DNA of 64,000 bases from Desulfovibrionaceae bacterium. Its GTDB lineage: Bacteria; Desulfobacterota; Desulfovibrionia; Desulfovibrionales; Desulfovibrionaceae. A model generated the notes under the pieces. That model did no database searches, was not told the origin of the DNA, and saw nothing but the letters and a program-made list of their open reading frames with translations. The stretch is from contig CAXXDH010000003.1 of assembly GCA_963677785.2 (NCBI GenBank), forward strand, positions 2,255,534 to 2,319,533. The letters run 5' to 3'. Every line of letters begins with the position of its first letter. Position 1 is the stretch's first letter. Below are positions 29,426 through 37,652 of the stretch, piece after piece. The translations under genes and the position numbers were made by a program.

Positions 29426-29466
29426 AAAAGGGGCAGGGGACGGCTCTGCCCCTTTTGTTCGTTTTC
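29426..29466 (+). terminator. intercistronic hairpin between the radical enzyme and its activase (possible attenuator)
   Basis: aaaaggggcag (29426-29436) pairs with ctgcccctttt (29446-29456), followed by gttcgtttt. Confidence 0.45.
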
Positions 29467-29489
29467 GCAGAACCCAACAAGGAAAACCG

Positions 29490-30416
29490 ATGAGCTCGAT
29501 TATGGACAAGAAAATCAAGGGAACCGTTTTCAGTGTACAGAAATATTCCGTACATGATGGTCCCGGCATCAGAACCATTGTGTTCATGAAGGGCTGCTCA
29601 CTGCACTGCACCTGGTGTTCGAATCCCGAATCCCAGGAGTTCAAACCGCAAATCGCCTATAATCGAAACAATTGCATCGGCGTTGAGAACTGTACGCATT
29701 GTATGAAGCATTGTGCGGGCGGCGGCATAAGCGCCGGTGCGGACGGCAAGGTCGACGTCGACCATGGCAAAATCAAAGACGAACTTTTGCTGGCGGACGT
29801 CTGTCCGGGCAATGCCATCATCGTTTATGGCGAAGAGCAGAGCGTGGATACGATTCTGAAGCGGGTGGAGGAGGACGAGCGCTTCTACGCCCGTTCCGGC
29901 GGCGGCATGACGCTTTCCGGCGGCGAGCCCTTTGCCCAGCCCGAATTTGCGCTTGCGCTGCTGCGCGAAGCCAAGGTCCGGCGTATCAATACGGCTGTGG
30001 AAACCTGCGGACAGGCTCCCTGGGAGGTCATTGAATCCTGCCTGCCGTACGTGGACTATATCCTGTACGACATCAAGTCCATGGATGATGCGAAGCACAA
30101 GGAACATACCGGGCGTACCGGAGCGCATATCCGGGAAAATCTCGTCAAAATCAAAGAAAAATTTCCTAAAATCAAGATTCGGGTCCGTACGCCGGTTATC
30201 CCCGGTTTCAACGACAGCGTAGAGGACATCCAGGCGATTATCGACTTTGTGAAATCCTTGCCCGGTGAAAAGTGCGAATACGAGGCGCTGCCTTTCCACC
30301 GTATGGGGCAGCCCAAATACATTAATCTTGGAAGAGACTACGCCTATGCGGACATCGTCAAACTGGATGATACGCTCGTTGCCGCAATCAAGAATCTGGA
30401 AGAAGAATATAAATAA
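29490..30416 (+). CDS. islB: glycyl-radical enzyme activating protein (radical SAM)
   Basis: 308 aa. CSLHCTWCSNPE radical-SAM cluster motif plus an additional Cys-rich ferredoxin-like insert (CIGVENCTHCMKHC...). Immediately downstream of the radical enzyme. Confidence 0.85.
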   Translation: MSSIMDKKIKGTVFSVQKYSVHDGPGIRTIVFMKGCSLHCTWCSNPESQEFKPQIAYNRNNCIGVENCTHCMKHCAGGGISAGADGKVDVDHGKIKDELLLADVCPGNAIIVYGEEQSVDTILKRVEEDERFYARSGGGMTLSGGEPFAQPEFALALLREAKVRRINTAVETCGQAPWEVIESCLPYVDYILYDIKSMDDAKHKEHTGRTGAHIRENLVKIKEKFPKIKIRVRTPVIPGFNDSVEDIQAIIDFVKSLPGEKCEYEALPFHRMGQPKYINLGRDYAYADIVKLDDTLVAAIKNLEEEYK

Positions 30417-30482
30417 AAATAGCTAGTTATGCTGGTCATGGAGTTGCTTTTTCCTTGGCCAACAAGAAAATGTTCAGCCAAA

Positions 30483-30520
30483 GGGCTGGTTGTCCGAGCG
30501 GGATAACCGGCCCTTTTTTT
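30483..30520 (+). terminator. rho-independent terminator after the activase gene
   Basis: gggctggtt (30483-30491) pairs with aaccggccc (30505-30513, one G-U pair), followed by T7 (30514-30520). Confidence 0.6.
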
Positions 30521-30679
30521 CATTCCCCTTTCAGCGACAAATGTACGGACCGAAAAATCCTGGCTAGTGGGTCTATTGACGAACAGTACCAAAAAAGGCA
30601 TCAATAATTTTGATCGTATTTATTGATTATTAAATTATGAAGCGATACTCAGCAGTCACTGCACCAGCCAGGAGGGACC

Positions 30680-33400
30680 ATGTCAGCCAGCAAGGCGTAT
30701 GAGTTTGCGTTCACCGTGGATAATGAAAAGCCGGACGATACGTTTACCGTCGTCAGTTTCAAGGGGCACGAGTATGTTTCCAAACCCTATCGTTTTGAAA
30801 TCGTGCTGGCCGCGGACGATCCCAATCTCAAGGCCGAGGATTTTGTCCATCAAACCTGTCACCTGAAAATTACCGGACATGATAAAGACGCTCCGCGGAT
30901 CATTTCCGGGGTTGTCTTTCTGTTTCGCCATATCCGGCGCCTGAATGGCAAATACGTCTACCAGGTCGTGCTGATGCCCCGTTTGCAGCTGCTGACGTTG
31001 AACACCCGGACCCGGGTGTTTCTGAAGCAGAGCTGCCTGACCATGATTGAAAACATCCTCAAAGATGCGGACATCGAATACAAGATCCGTATCGCCGGAA
31101 ATCAGAGCTACCCGCAACGGGAGTACTCCTGCCAGTTCGAGGAAACGGATTTCGCCTTTGTCAGCCGTTGGCTGGAAAAGCAGGGCATTGTTTATTTTTT
31201 TGAAGAGCGTGAGGATGGAAAGGCTGATATTCTGGTGCTGGCCGACGCCAATGACGCACAGGCGCCCTGCCGTAAAGACAACAAGGCCATGCGTTATACG
31301 CCCGCTTCGGGCATGCATGCCGGAAGGCGTGAAGACGTGGTGCAAACCTTTGTTTCCGAACATGGCAGCACCCCGAAGTACATTCACTTGCGTGATTACA
31401 GCTATGAAGGCCAGCCGGCCGATCCCAGGGCCTCGGCCGAAGTGCAGAACAAGACAGCCATGGGCGTTGTCTGGCAGTACGGCAATACCTTTTTGTCCGA
31501 ACACTACGGCGTGGGCGGGGAAACCATTCTGGCCCAGCAACTGGAAAGTACGGAAGCCGCCTACCAGGGTGAATCCTTTTGCCCTGACCTGCGCGCCGGC
31601 ACCACCATGAAGCTGGAAAAGCATTACCGCGACGAATACAACGATGAGTTCTATCTCTACCATGTCACACATGAGGGCGTGAACAAGAAGTTCGTGTCGC
31701 ATCCCCCCGAAAGTGGTGCTCATGAACATCATCCAGGTCATGATCCGCGCCAGCCCGATAGAGGTTCCCATGAGCACCATCCCAATCACGATCCGCACCA
31801 TCCCGACCAGGGGCAAATGTACTCAAACGTATTCAATGCCGCACCTGCCAAAGTCCATTACCGTCCGCGCATGCTGACGCCGGTGCCGCGTTTCACAGGC
31901 ATGCTCACCGCCTTTATCCATGCCGAAGGCGACATGGATCTTTTCGCGCAAATGGACGACAAGGGGCGCTACAAAGTGCGTATGCCGTTCGACCTCTGGG
32001 AACCGAAAAAACAAAGTGCGGAACCCGATGCGAAAGGCAAGGCGTCCCATTGGATCCGGCTGACAGAACCCTTTGCAGGCAATGCGTTGGGAGAAAAAGC
32101 GTACGGCATGCATTTTCCATTGTACCAGGGCACGGAAGTGCTGCTCAGCTTTGTTGAAGGCGACATCGACCGCCCTGTGATCGTGGGGGCGCTCTACAAC
32201 CAATCCCACGACAATCCGGTCAACAATGCCGACCCCTACCGGAATGTTATCCGAACCAAGAACGGATGCAAACTGGAAATGTACGACAAGCCAGGGCACG
32301 AATCCATTGCCATGGCCTGTCCGAACAATGAATCCCTGGTGGTCTGCAATCCGCAAGGCGTTACCGTGGGGGCCAAGGAAAATGCCTATTCATTCAAAGT
32401 GAGCGACAGCTTCGACGTGAAAGTAGGTTCGGACGTTTCCTTCTCGGCCGGTTCCAGCACCAGCGCCTTCGGCGGGACCAAAGCCAGCCTGACCGTTGGT
32501 TTCCACACCAGTATGACTGTAGGGATGTCTGTTTCCGCGGATTTGGGCGGCAAGGTGGATATCGGCGGGAAGAAAAACCTGGTCCATTCGGATTTCAGCG
32601 GTTCAGCAGAAGATACGCTGTCCTTGAAAGGCGGCATGAACGTGGCGCTGAAAAAATATTACAAGGCCATCAAATATGCGCTGGGTATCGGAGGCCTGGG
32701 ATCGATCCCAACCGGGTTGGGCAGCTGGGCGGCTGTTGCCGGAGCAACGCACCAGAACAAGGATATCCACGACACGGCGGCGATCATCGGGGGATCTGTC
32801 TCTACAAGCCTCGGGCTGCTGGTCGAAACCTTCGGCAGGACCATCGGCATAGGAACCTATAAGGCGGTGAGTTCGAAAAAGAAGGACGCCATGTATACGG
32901 GCATCCTGAATCTGGGCAAGGACGGCGCCGGACTGCTTGTGAACAGTCCGGTGGGGAGCAGCGGGAAATGCAGCATCAGTGTCACCAATCTTCTGGGTAA
33001 AACGTCGGAGTTTTCCATCAGTCCCCAGGGGAAGCACATGTCGCTGACGAACTGCGAAGATGCCGTTATGATGTTCAGCGAGGGGAAGTCTATAGAATTG
33101 TATACTTTTAATCGGAGTTCTGTATCAGGCATGGTCAATCTGGTAGAACTTAAGCAGGCTTCGTTGTCGTTGAAACATAAAGCCAACAGTGCATTGAGCC
33201 TGGAAGACAATTTGATTACCTTGGAAACCAAGCCAAGCAAGATAGGAATGGATCCAAAGGGGCTTTTACTCAAAGCCGATGATTCCAATTTCATCGACAT
33301 CGGGAGCACCGGCATTCAGATGAAATTCACTAAACCCACCAAAATCAGCAGTTCAAGCAGTTTGAAGCTAAACTCAGAAGGCATGGTCATGCTGGGTTGA
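30680..33400 (+). CDS. vgrG: type VI secretion spike protein VgrG (paralogue 1, with a His-rich insert and a long C-terminal extension)
   Basis: 906 aa. gp27-like N-terminus (YRFEIVLA..., QFEETDFAFVSRWLEKQGIVYFFE) and gp5 OB-fold (GTEVLLSFVEGDIDRPVIVGALYN), then about 340 aa of beta-helix-like extension. AGGAGG RBS. Confidence 0.9.
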   Translation: MSASKAYEFAFTVDNEKPDDTFTVVSFKGHEYVSKPYRFEIVLAADDPNLKAEDFVHQTCHLKITGHDKDAPRIISGVVFLFRHIRRLNGKYVYQVVLMPRLQLLTLNTRTRVFLKQSCLTMIENILKDADIEYKIRIAGNQSYPQREYSCQFEETDFAFVSRWLEKQGIVYFFEEREDGKADILVLADANDAQAPCRKDNKAMRYTPASGMHAGRREDVVQTFVSEHGSTPKYIHLRDYSYEGQPADPRASAEVQNKTAMGVVWQYGNTFLSEHYGVGGETILAQQLESTEAAYQGESFCPDLRAGTTMKLEKHYRDEYNDEFYLYHVTHEGVNKKFVSHPPESGAHEHHPGHDPRQPDRGSHEHHPNHDPHHPDQGQMYSNVFNAAPAKVHYRPRMLTPVPRFTGMLTAFIHAEGDMDLFAQMDDKGRYKVRMPFDLWEPKKQSAEPDAKGKASHWIRLTEPFAGNALGEKAYGMHFPLYQGTEVLLSFVEGDIDRPVIVGALYNQSHDNPVNNADPYRNVIRTKNGCKLEMYDKPGHESIAMACPNNESLVVCNPQGVTVGAKENAYSFKVSDSFDVKVGSDVSFSAGSSTSAFGGTKASLTVGFHTSMTVGMSVSADLGGKVDIGGKKNLVHSDFSGSAEDTLSLKGGMNVALKKYYKAIKYALGIGGLGSIPTGLGSWAAVAGATHQNKDIHDTAAIIGGSVSTSLGLLVETFGRTIGIGTYKAVSSKKKDAMYTGILNLGKDGAGLLVNSPVGSSGKCSISVTNLLGKTSEFSISPQGKHMSLTNCEDAVMMFSEGKSIELYTFNRSSVSGMVNLVELKQASLSLKHKANSALSLEDNLITLETKPSKIGMDPKGLLLKADDSNFIDIGSTGIQMKFTKPTKISSSSSLKLNSEGMVMLG

Positions 33401-33572
33401 ACCTGTATCCGCCGTTCCCTTTGCTTTGCCAGCAGCCAGGTTCGGAGCTTGTGCTTCTGGCCGGGTGGTTTTTTCTTTTTTGATCCTGTATAAATTTACC
33501 CGCATTTACTGTATACTGAGAAAAGTATAGATAGTGTAGGGAGCTGCATAGGGATCTATCCAAGGAGGGCGT

Positions 33573-36185
33573 ATGGCGGAGAAACATCCATTTGCATTCG
33601 CGTTCAGCGTGGAAGGCCTGGACTCGGATACCTTTTCCGTGGTCAGTTTCAAAGGGTACGAGCATCTTTCCAGGCCGTACCGTTTTGAAATTGTGCTGGC
33701 ATCCGCCGAATCCGAACTGGATTTCGCGAAGATCCTATACAAACCCTGCACACTGGAAATACGCGGCAAGGGCGAGCCGAGGATTTTCAGCGGCCTGGCG
33801 TACCTGTTCCGCCATGTCCGGCAGGCGGGCAAACGCTACATCTACCAGCTGCTGCTTATGCCCAGGCTGCAGCAGCTGTCCATTGGCGCCAACGCGCGGG
33901 TGTTTCTGGACAAGAGCTGCATCAGCGTCATCGAAGAGGTGTTCAAGCAGGCGCACGTGCCTTATCAAAACCGGATGCAGAGCAACAGCGCCTATCCCAA
34001 GCGCGAGTATATCTGCCAGTTCAACGAATCCGATTTCAATTTCGTCAGTCGCTGGCTCGAAGCCCAGGGAATTCACTACTTTTTCGAACAGCAGCAGAAC
34101 TCCGAACTGCTGGTGCTGAGCGACACCAGCCTGGCCCATGTTCCCTGCCGCGAGAAGGACGCGCCCATGGTCTACGCGCCGCCTTCGGGCCTGGACCATT
34201 TGCAGCGTGAAGACGTGGTCCATTCGTTTATCTCCGAACATTGCTGTCTGCCCGAGTCCGTCAGTTTCAAGGATTACAACTACGAGCTGTCCAAGGCCGA
34301 AGTGACGGCAACGCAACAGGTCGACTCCAACGGACAGCATACGGAGTACCACTACGGCGACAATTTTCTCGGTCAGGGCTACGGCACCAGTCCGGCCCAG
34401 GTGCTCGCCCAGCAGTATGGAAGCCTGGAGGGCGTTTTCCATGGCAAGAGTTATTGTCCGGATCTGCGTACGGGGACGACTTTTGCGCTCAAGGATCATT
34501 ACTACACGAAATACAACGCCAATTACCTGCTGTACAGCGTCGAGCATGAAGGTACGGACCTGAGATTTATGAAACAGGAGCTCTCCGGGCCGGACCGCAG
34601 CGAAACTCAGCTCTACGAAAACACTTTTCGCGCGCTCCGGGCCGATGTCACCTACCGGCCGCGTCGTACGACCACCGTGCCCCGCTATACGGGCTTGCTG
34701 ACCGCGGTTATCGACGCTGAAGGACAGGGGCAGTACGCCGAACTCGACTCCAAAGGGCGCTATAAGGTCCGCCTGCCTTTTGATTCGGAGGACAAAGCCC
34801 AAGGCAAGGCCTCGCACTGGATCCGTCTGTCCGAACCCTACGCGGGCAACGCGGCTCAGGAACAGGCCTTCGGCATGCATTTTCCGCTGCTCAAAGGCAC
34901 GGAGGTCTTGCTCAGCTACGTGGAAGGGGACATTGACCGCCCCATCATCGTCGGTGCCGTATACAACGCCAACAATGAAAATCCGGTCAACAGCGGCAAC
35001 AAGGTCCAGAACGTCATCAAAACCAAGGGCGGCAACCGCATTGTGCTGGATGACACGGAGGGAAAGGAATCCATCTCGATGGCCACAGCCGGAGGCAAGT
35101 CCATGCTGGTCATCAATGCGGACGGCGTGAATCCCGGCATCACCGAAGCGACCACGGAAAAATGCGTCAAGGCCAGCTGGAACGACAGCGTGGAAGCCAA
35201 ATGCGGCTCCAGCATGGATTTTACCGCGGGTTCTTCGCTGGGGGCTTTCGGCGGCACCAAGTCCGAGATCACCGTGGGATTCAGCTCGGGCGTATCGGTC
35301 GGCGCGTCTCTGGAAGCGGCGCTTGGCGGCAAGGTGGAACTGGGCGAGACCAGCAGCTGGATCAGCTCCGAATCCTCCTCGTCAGCGGACGAGAACGTCA
35401 GCCTGCAGGGGGGCATGAACACCGTGGTCAAGGGGTATTACAAAGCCATCAAGGCTTCCATGATCGTGGCTTCGGTGAGTTCGCTGGCCACGGGCGTGGG
35501 CTCCTGGGCCGCCATTGCCGGGGCCAATGAAGACAACCTGGGCATCAACCGCAAGGCCGCGGTCATTGCCGGGTCCATCGTGGGCAGCATCGGCCTCATC
35601 GGCCAGATTGCCGGCACGGCCTTTGCCATGGGCTGCTACCTGAAGATGAAGTCCAAAAAGAGCAATTCCTTTTATACGACCACAATGGATCTGGGCAAGG
35701 ACGGCGCCGCACTCACGGTACGCAGTTCGCTCCTGCACAACGTGGGCTGCGATATCATGGTCGTGGACGGGCAGAACGCCAATCCGCTCAAGAGCAACGC
35801 GTCCGTGCTGTCCATCGCGCCCAAGGGCGCGTCCATTACCCTGGCCAATAAGGCCAAAGCCAAGATTACCCTGGACAAAGGCCAGAAAATTACTCTGGAC
35901 CTGAACAACGGCAGCAAAAAAATTGAAATGAGTTCCTCAGGTATTTCCATGGCCAGCCAGGGCGTTGCCGCGGTCAAGATAACAACGAGCCAGCTCATTC
36001 TGCAAAAGGACAACGCCGCGAACATCAAACTCGGTTCGGGTGGCGCGTTCATCAAGGGCGACGGCACCGGCCAGAACTACATCAACGTGACCAGCTCCGG
36101 CGTACGCATGCAGTTTGCCAACGGCCAGCTCACGAGCAAAGGCATGCTCAGGGCCAACGCCAACGGCATGATCATGCTGGGCTAG
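33573..36185 (+). CDS. vgrG: type VI secretion spike protein VgrG (paralogue 2)
   Basis: 870 aa, collinear with paralogue 1 (YRFEIVLA, QFNESDFNFVSRWLEAQGIHYFFE, GTEVLLSYVEGDIDRPIIVGAVYN). It has the same C-terminal architecture and tail ...GMIMLG. Confidence 0.9.
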   Translation: MAEKHPFAFAFSVEGLDSDTFSVVSFKGYEHLSRPYRFEIVLASAESELDFAKILYKPCTLEIRGKGEPRIFSGLAYLFRHVRQAGKRYIYQLLLMPRLQQLSIGANARVFLDKSCISVIEEVFKQAHVPYQNRMQSNSAYPKREYICQFNESDFNFVSRWLEAQGIHYFFEQQQNSELLVLSDTSLAHVPCREKDAPMVYAPPSGLDHLQREDVVHSFISEHCCLPESVSFKDYNYELSKAEVTATQQVDSNGQHTEYHYGDNFLGQGYGTSPAQVLAQQYGSLEGVFHGKSYCPDLRTGTTFALKDHYYTKYNANYLLYSVEHEGTDLRFMKQELSGPDRSETQLYENTFRALRADVTYRPRRTTTVPRYTGLLTAVIDAEGQGQYAELDSKGRYKVRLPFDSEDKAQGKASHWIRLSEPYAGNAAQEQAFGMHFPLLKGTEVLLSYVEGDIDRPIIVGAVYNANNENPVNSGNKVQNVIKTKGGNRIVLDDTEGKESISMATAGGKSMLVINADGVNPGITEATTEKCVKASWNDSVEAKCGSSMDFTAGSSLGAFGGTKSEITVGFSSGVSVGASLEAALGGKVELGETSSWISSESSSSADENVSLQGGMNTVVKGYYKAIKASMIVASVSSLATGVGSWAAIAGANEDNLGINRKAAVIAGSIVGSIGLIGQIAGTAFAMGCYLKMKSKKSNSFYTTTMDLGKDGAALTVRSSLLHNVGCDIMVVDGQNANPLKSNASVLSIAPKGASITLANKAKAKITLDKGQKITLDLNNGSKKIEMSSSGISMASQGVAAVKITTSQLILQKDNAANIKLGSGGAFIKGDGTGQNYINVTSSGVRMQFANGQLTSKGMLRANANGMIMLG

Positions 36186-36190
36186 CCGGT

Positions 36191-36241
36191 ATATCGCACG
36201 AACGCCCCTGAAAATCTTTTTCAGGGGCGTTCGTGCGATAT
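36191..36241. repeat. 51-bp perfect palindrome (24-bp stem, 3-nt loop) directly after vgrG2
   Basis: atatcgcacgaacgcccctgaaaa (36191-36214) and ttttcaggggcgttcgtgcgatat (36218-36241). No U-tract follows. Confidence 0.8.
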
Positions 36242-36247
36242 GCGGGT

Positions 36248-36428
36248 TAGGGGCTGTCTCTAAATTATTGTCTGCTACGTTTGGCTAGAATTCCATCATG
36301 CTGCGTTTTCAGAAAAAAATGCCCCTTGACGTAGCAACACTACGCCTGCGGCCCATTTTCTTCTTCAGCCTTGCCTGTTGAAATTCTTGCTCAAACTCGC
36401 GACGAAAATAATTTAGAGACAGCCCCTA
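36248..36428. mobile_element. MITE-like element: 181 bp bounded by 22-bp perfect terminal inverted repeats ending in TA
   Basis: taggggctgtctctaaattatt (36248-36269) and aataatttagagacagccccta (36407-36428). There is no ORF inside. The right repeat supplies the last ~12 codons and the stop of the ORF 36391..36861. Confidence 0.4.
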
Positions 36429-36861
36429 GTATAATCTCATACGAATACCGAGCCCAGTCACATCTCACAATAACATCAAGTTCCGGCCTATAACACTCAC
36501 ATCGGACCGATAAACTATAGCGTATTCTCTGTTGCGGTAAAATAGATAGATTTAAAGCGATTGCTTTTTTGCCAGATTTATTTGTTTTTGCAGTGACTGT
36601 CCCATAATTACTGCTTTTGTAAACTTCAATTGTTCCGACTGGAATTTTGACATTCGTTATTACGATTTTATTTTTTGTTGCATTATATATTGAGAATTCA
36701 ACATCATATCCCGTTTCTGTGGACGTATACTTTTCTAGACTGACAGTAGGAATACCGTCTATACGTTTACGCCACCAAACAACCAAGGAAAGAACTGCGA
36801 GCAAGCCGCCACATACTAACGATAAAAGGTTTGCCCACCATCCAAACGACATAGTTTCCAT
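36391..36861 (-). CDS. hypothetical membrane-anchored protein in an A/T-rich patch
   Basis: 156 aa. One N-terminal TM helix (WWANLLSLVCGGLLAVLSLVVWW) followed by a beta-rich region. Composition is very different from the flanking vgrG and rpe genes. Confidence 0.45.
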   Translation of the reverse strand: METMSFGWWANLLSLVCGGLLAVLSLVVWWRKRIDGIPTVSLEKYTSTETGYDVEFSIYNATKNKIVITNVKIPVGTIEVYKSSNYGTVTAKTNKSGKKAIALNLSILPQQRIRYSLSVRCECYRPELDVIVRCDWARYSYEIILGAVSKLFSSRV

Positions 36862-37652
36862 TTCTAACAGCTATCTCGGTTAAAATTATTAGTATCATTT
36901 CGGGTTACGTTGATTTTCGTCAAAATGTACGACAACCTCAAGTAGATTGTCGATTAAAAATGGGCAGCAGAAATACTGTCGTTATATCCGACGGCATTGC
37001 CCGCCTTTGCAGTTCGGAATCAAGCAGCACTTTTTTTCTCAGAAGCGAGATAAATCCAGGTATACGCTTCGCTCAAATCTGAGCAAAACCTCCGACGGGA
37101 GTGGTGCAAGCCAAGGCAATACTATTTGTACGCTCATCCGGCCGAGGCTTGTGGTCTGCCTCGCCCGGAACGGTCATGCGGCCTTGATTTTTGCGGTCAT
37201 AATGATCTCCTTTGTTGAGCGAAAACGGCATCAGCACGGGATCCGCCGGTTGAGCAGGCTTCCAACAGCGAGGGACAAACCGAAGTGATAGCGCCCATCC
37301 GCAAAAAGAAGAGATCAAGGCCGCATTTGCCGATTTTCCCGGACTCTGCAACGGTTTCAGGAAAACAAGCGCTTGTGCTTCCCCGCTGGATGCGGGAAAG
37401 GACTACCTGGAGTTTTCAAAAGCCTATGAAGAAGATCCGGACGTGGCCGTTGCGGAATATCAGGATCTTTTTGACGGACTTCTCAAAAAGCAGCGCGACT
37501 ATTCCATGACAATAACGTAAAGCTGAGCTGTTTCCGGGCGTCTCCGCCGGGAAAGGGCAGGGCGGAAGGGACTCAGGGCGGCAAAGAAATGCCTCTTGAC
37601 TTGAGCTTCAAAACAATGCAGCCCTGGGCTATTACATTTTGTAGGAGTTGCC

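Noticed and set aside
33485-33525. Two CTGTATA motifs in the vgrG1-vgrG2 spacer that resemble E. coli-type LexA half-sites.
   Set aside because: They are direct rather than inverted repeats, about 28 bp apart. The E. coli SOS-box consensus is not expected to apply to this lineage.
30683-34880. 377-aa and 381-aa minus-strand ORFs inside vgrG1 and vgrG2.
   Set aside because: They are antisense shadows of the VgrG genes with no recognisable features.
36248-36428. Interpretation of the 22-bp inverted repeats as an invertible promoter switch (inverton).
   Set aside because: No invertase or recombinase gene lies nearby, and the TA-ended repeats fit a MITE better. The possibility is kept as an alternative inside the finding.
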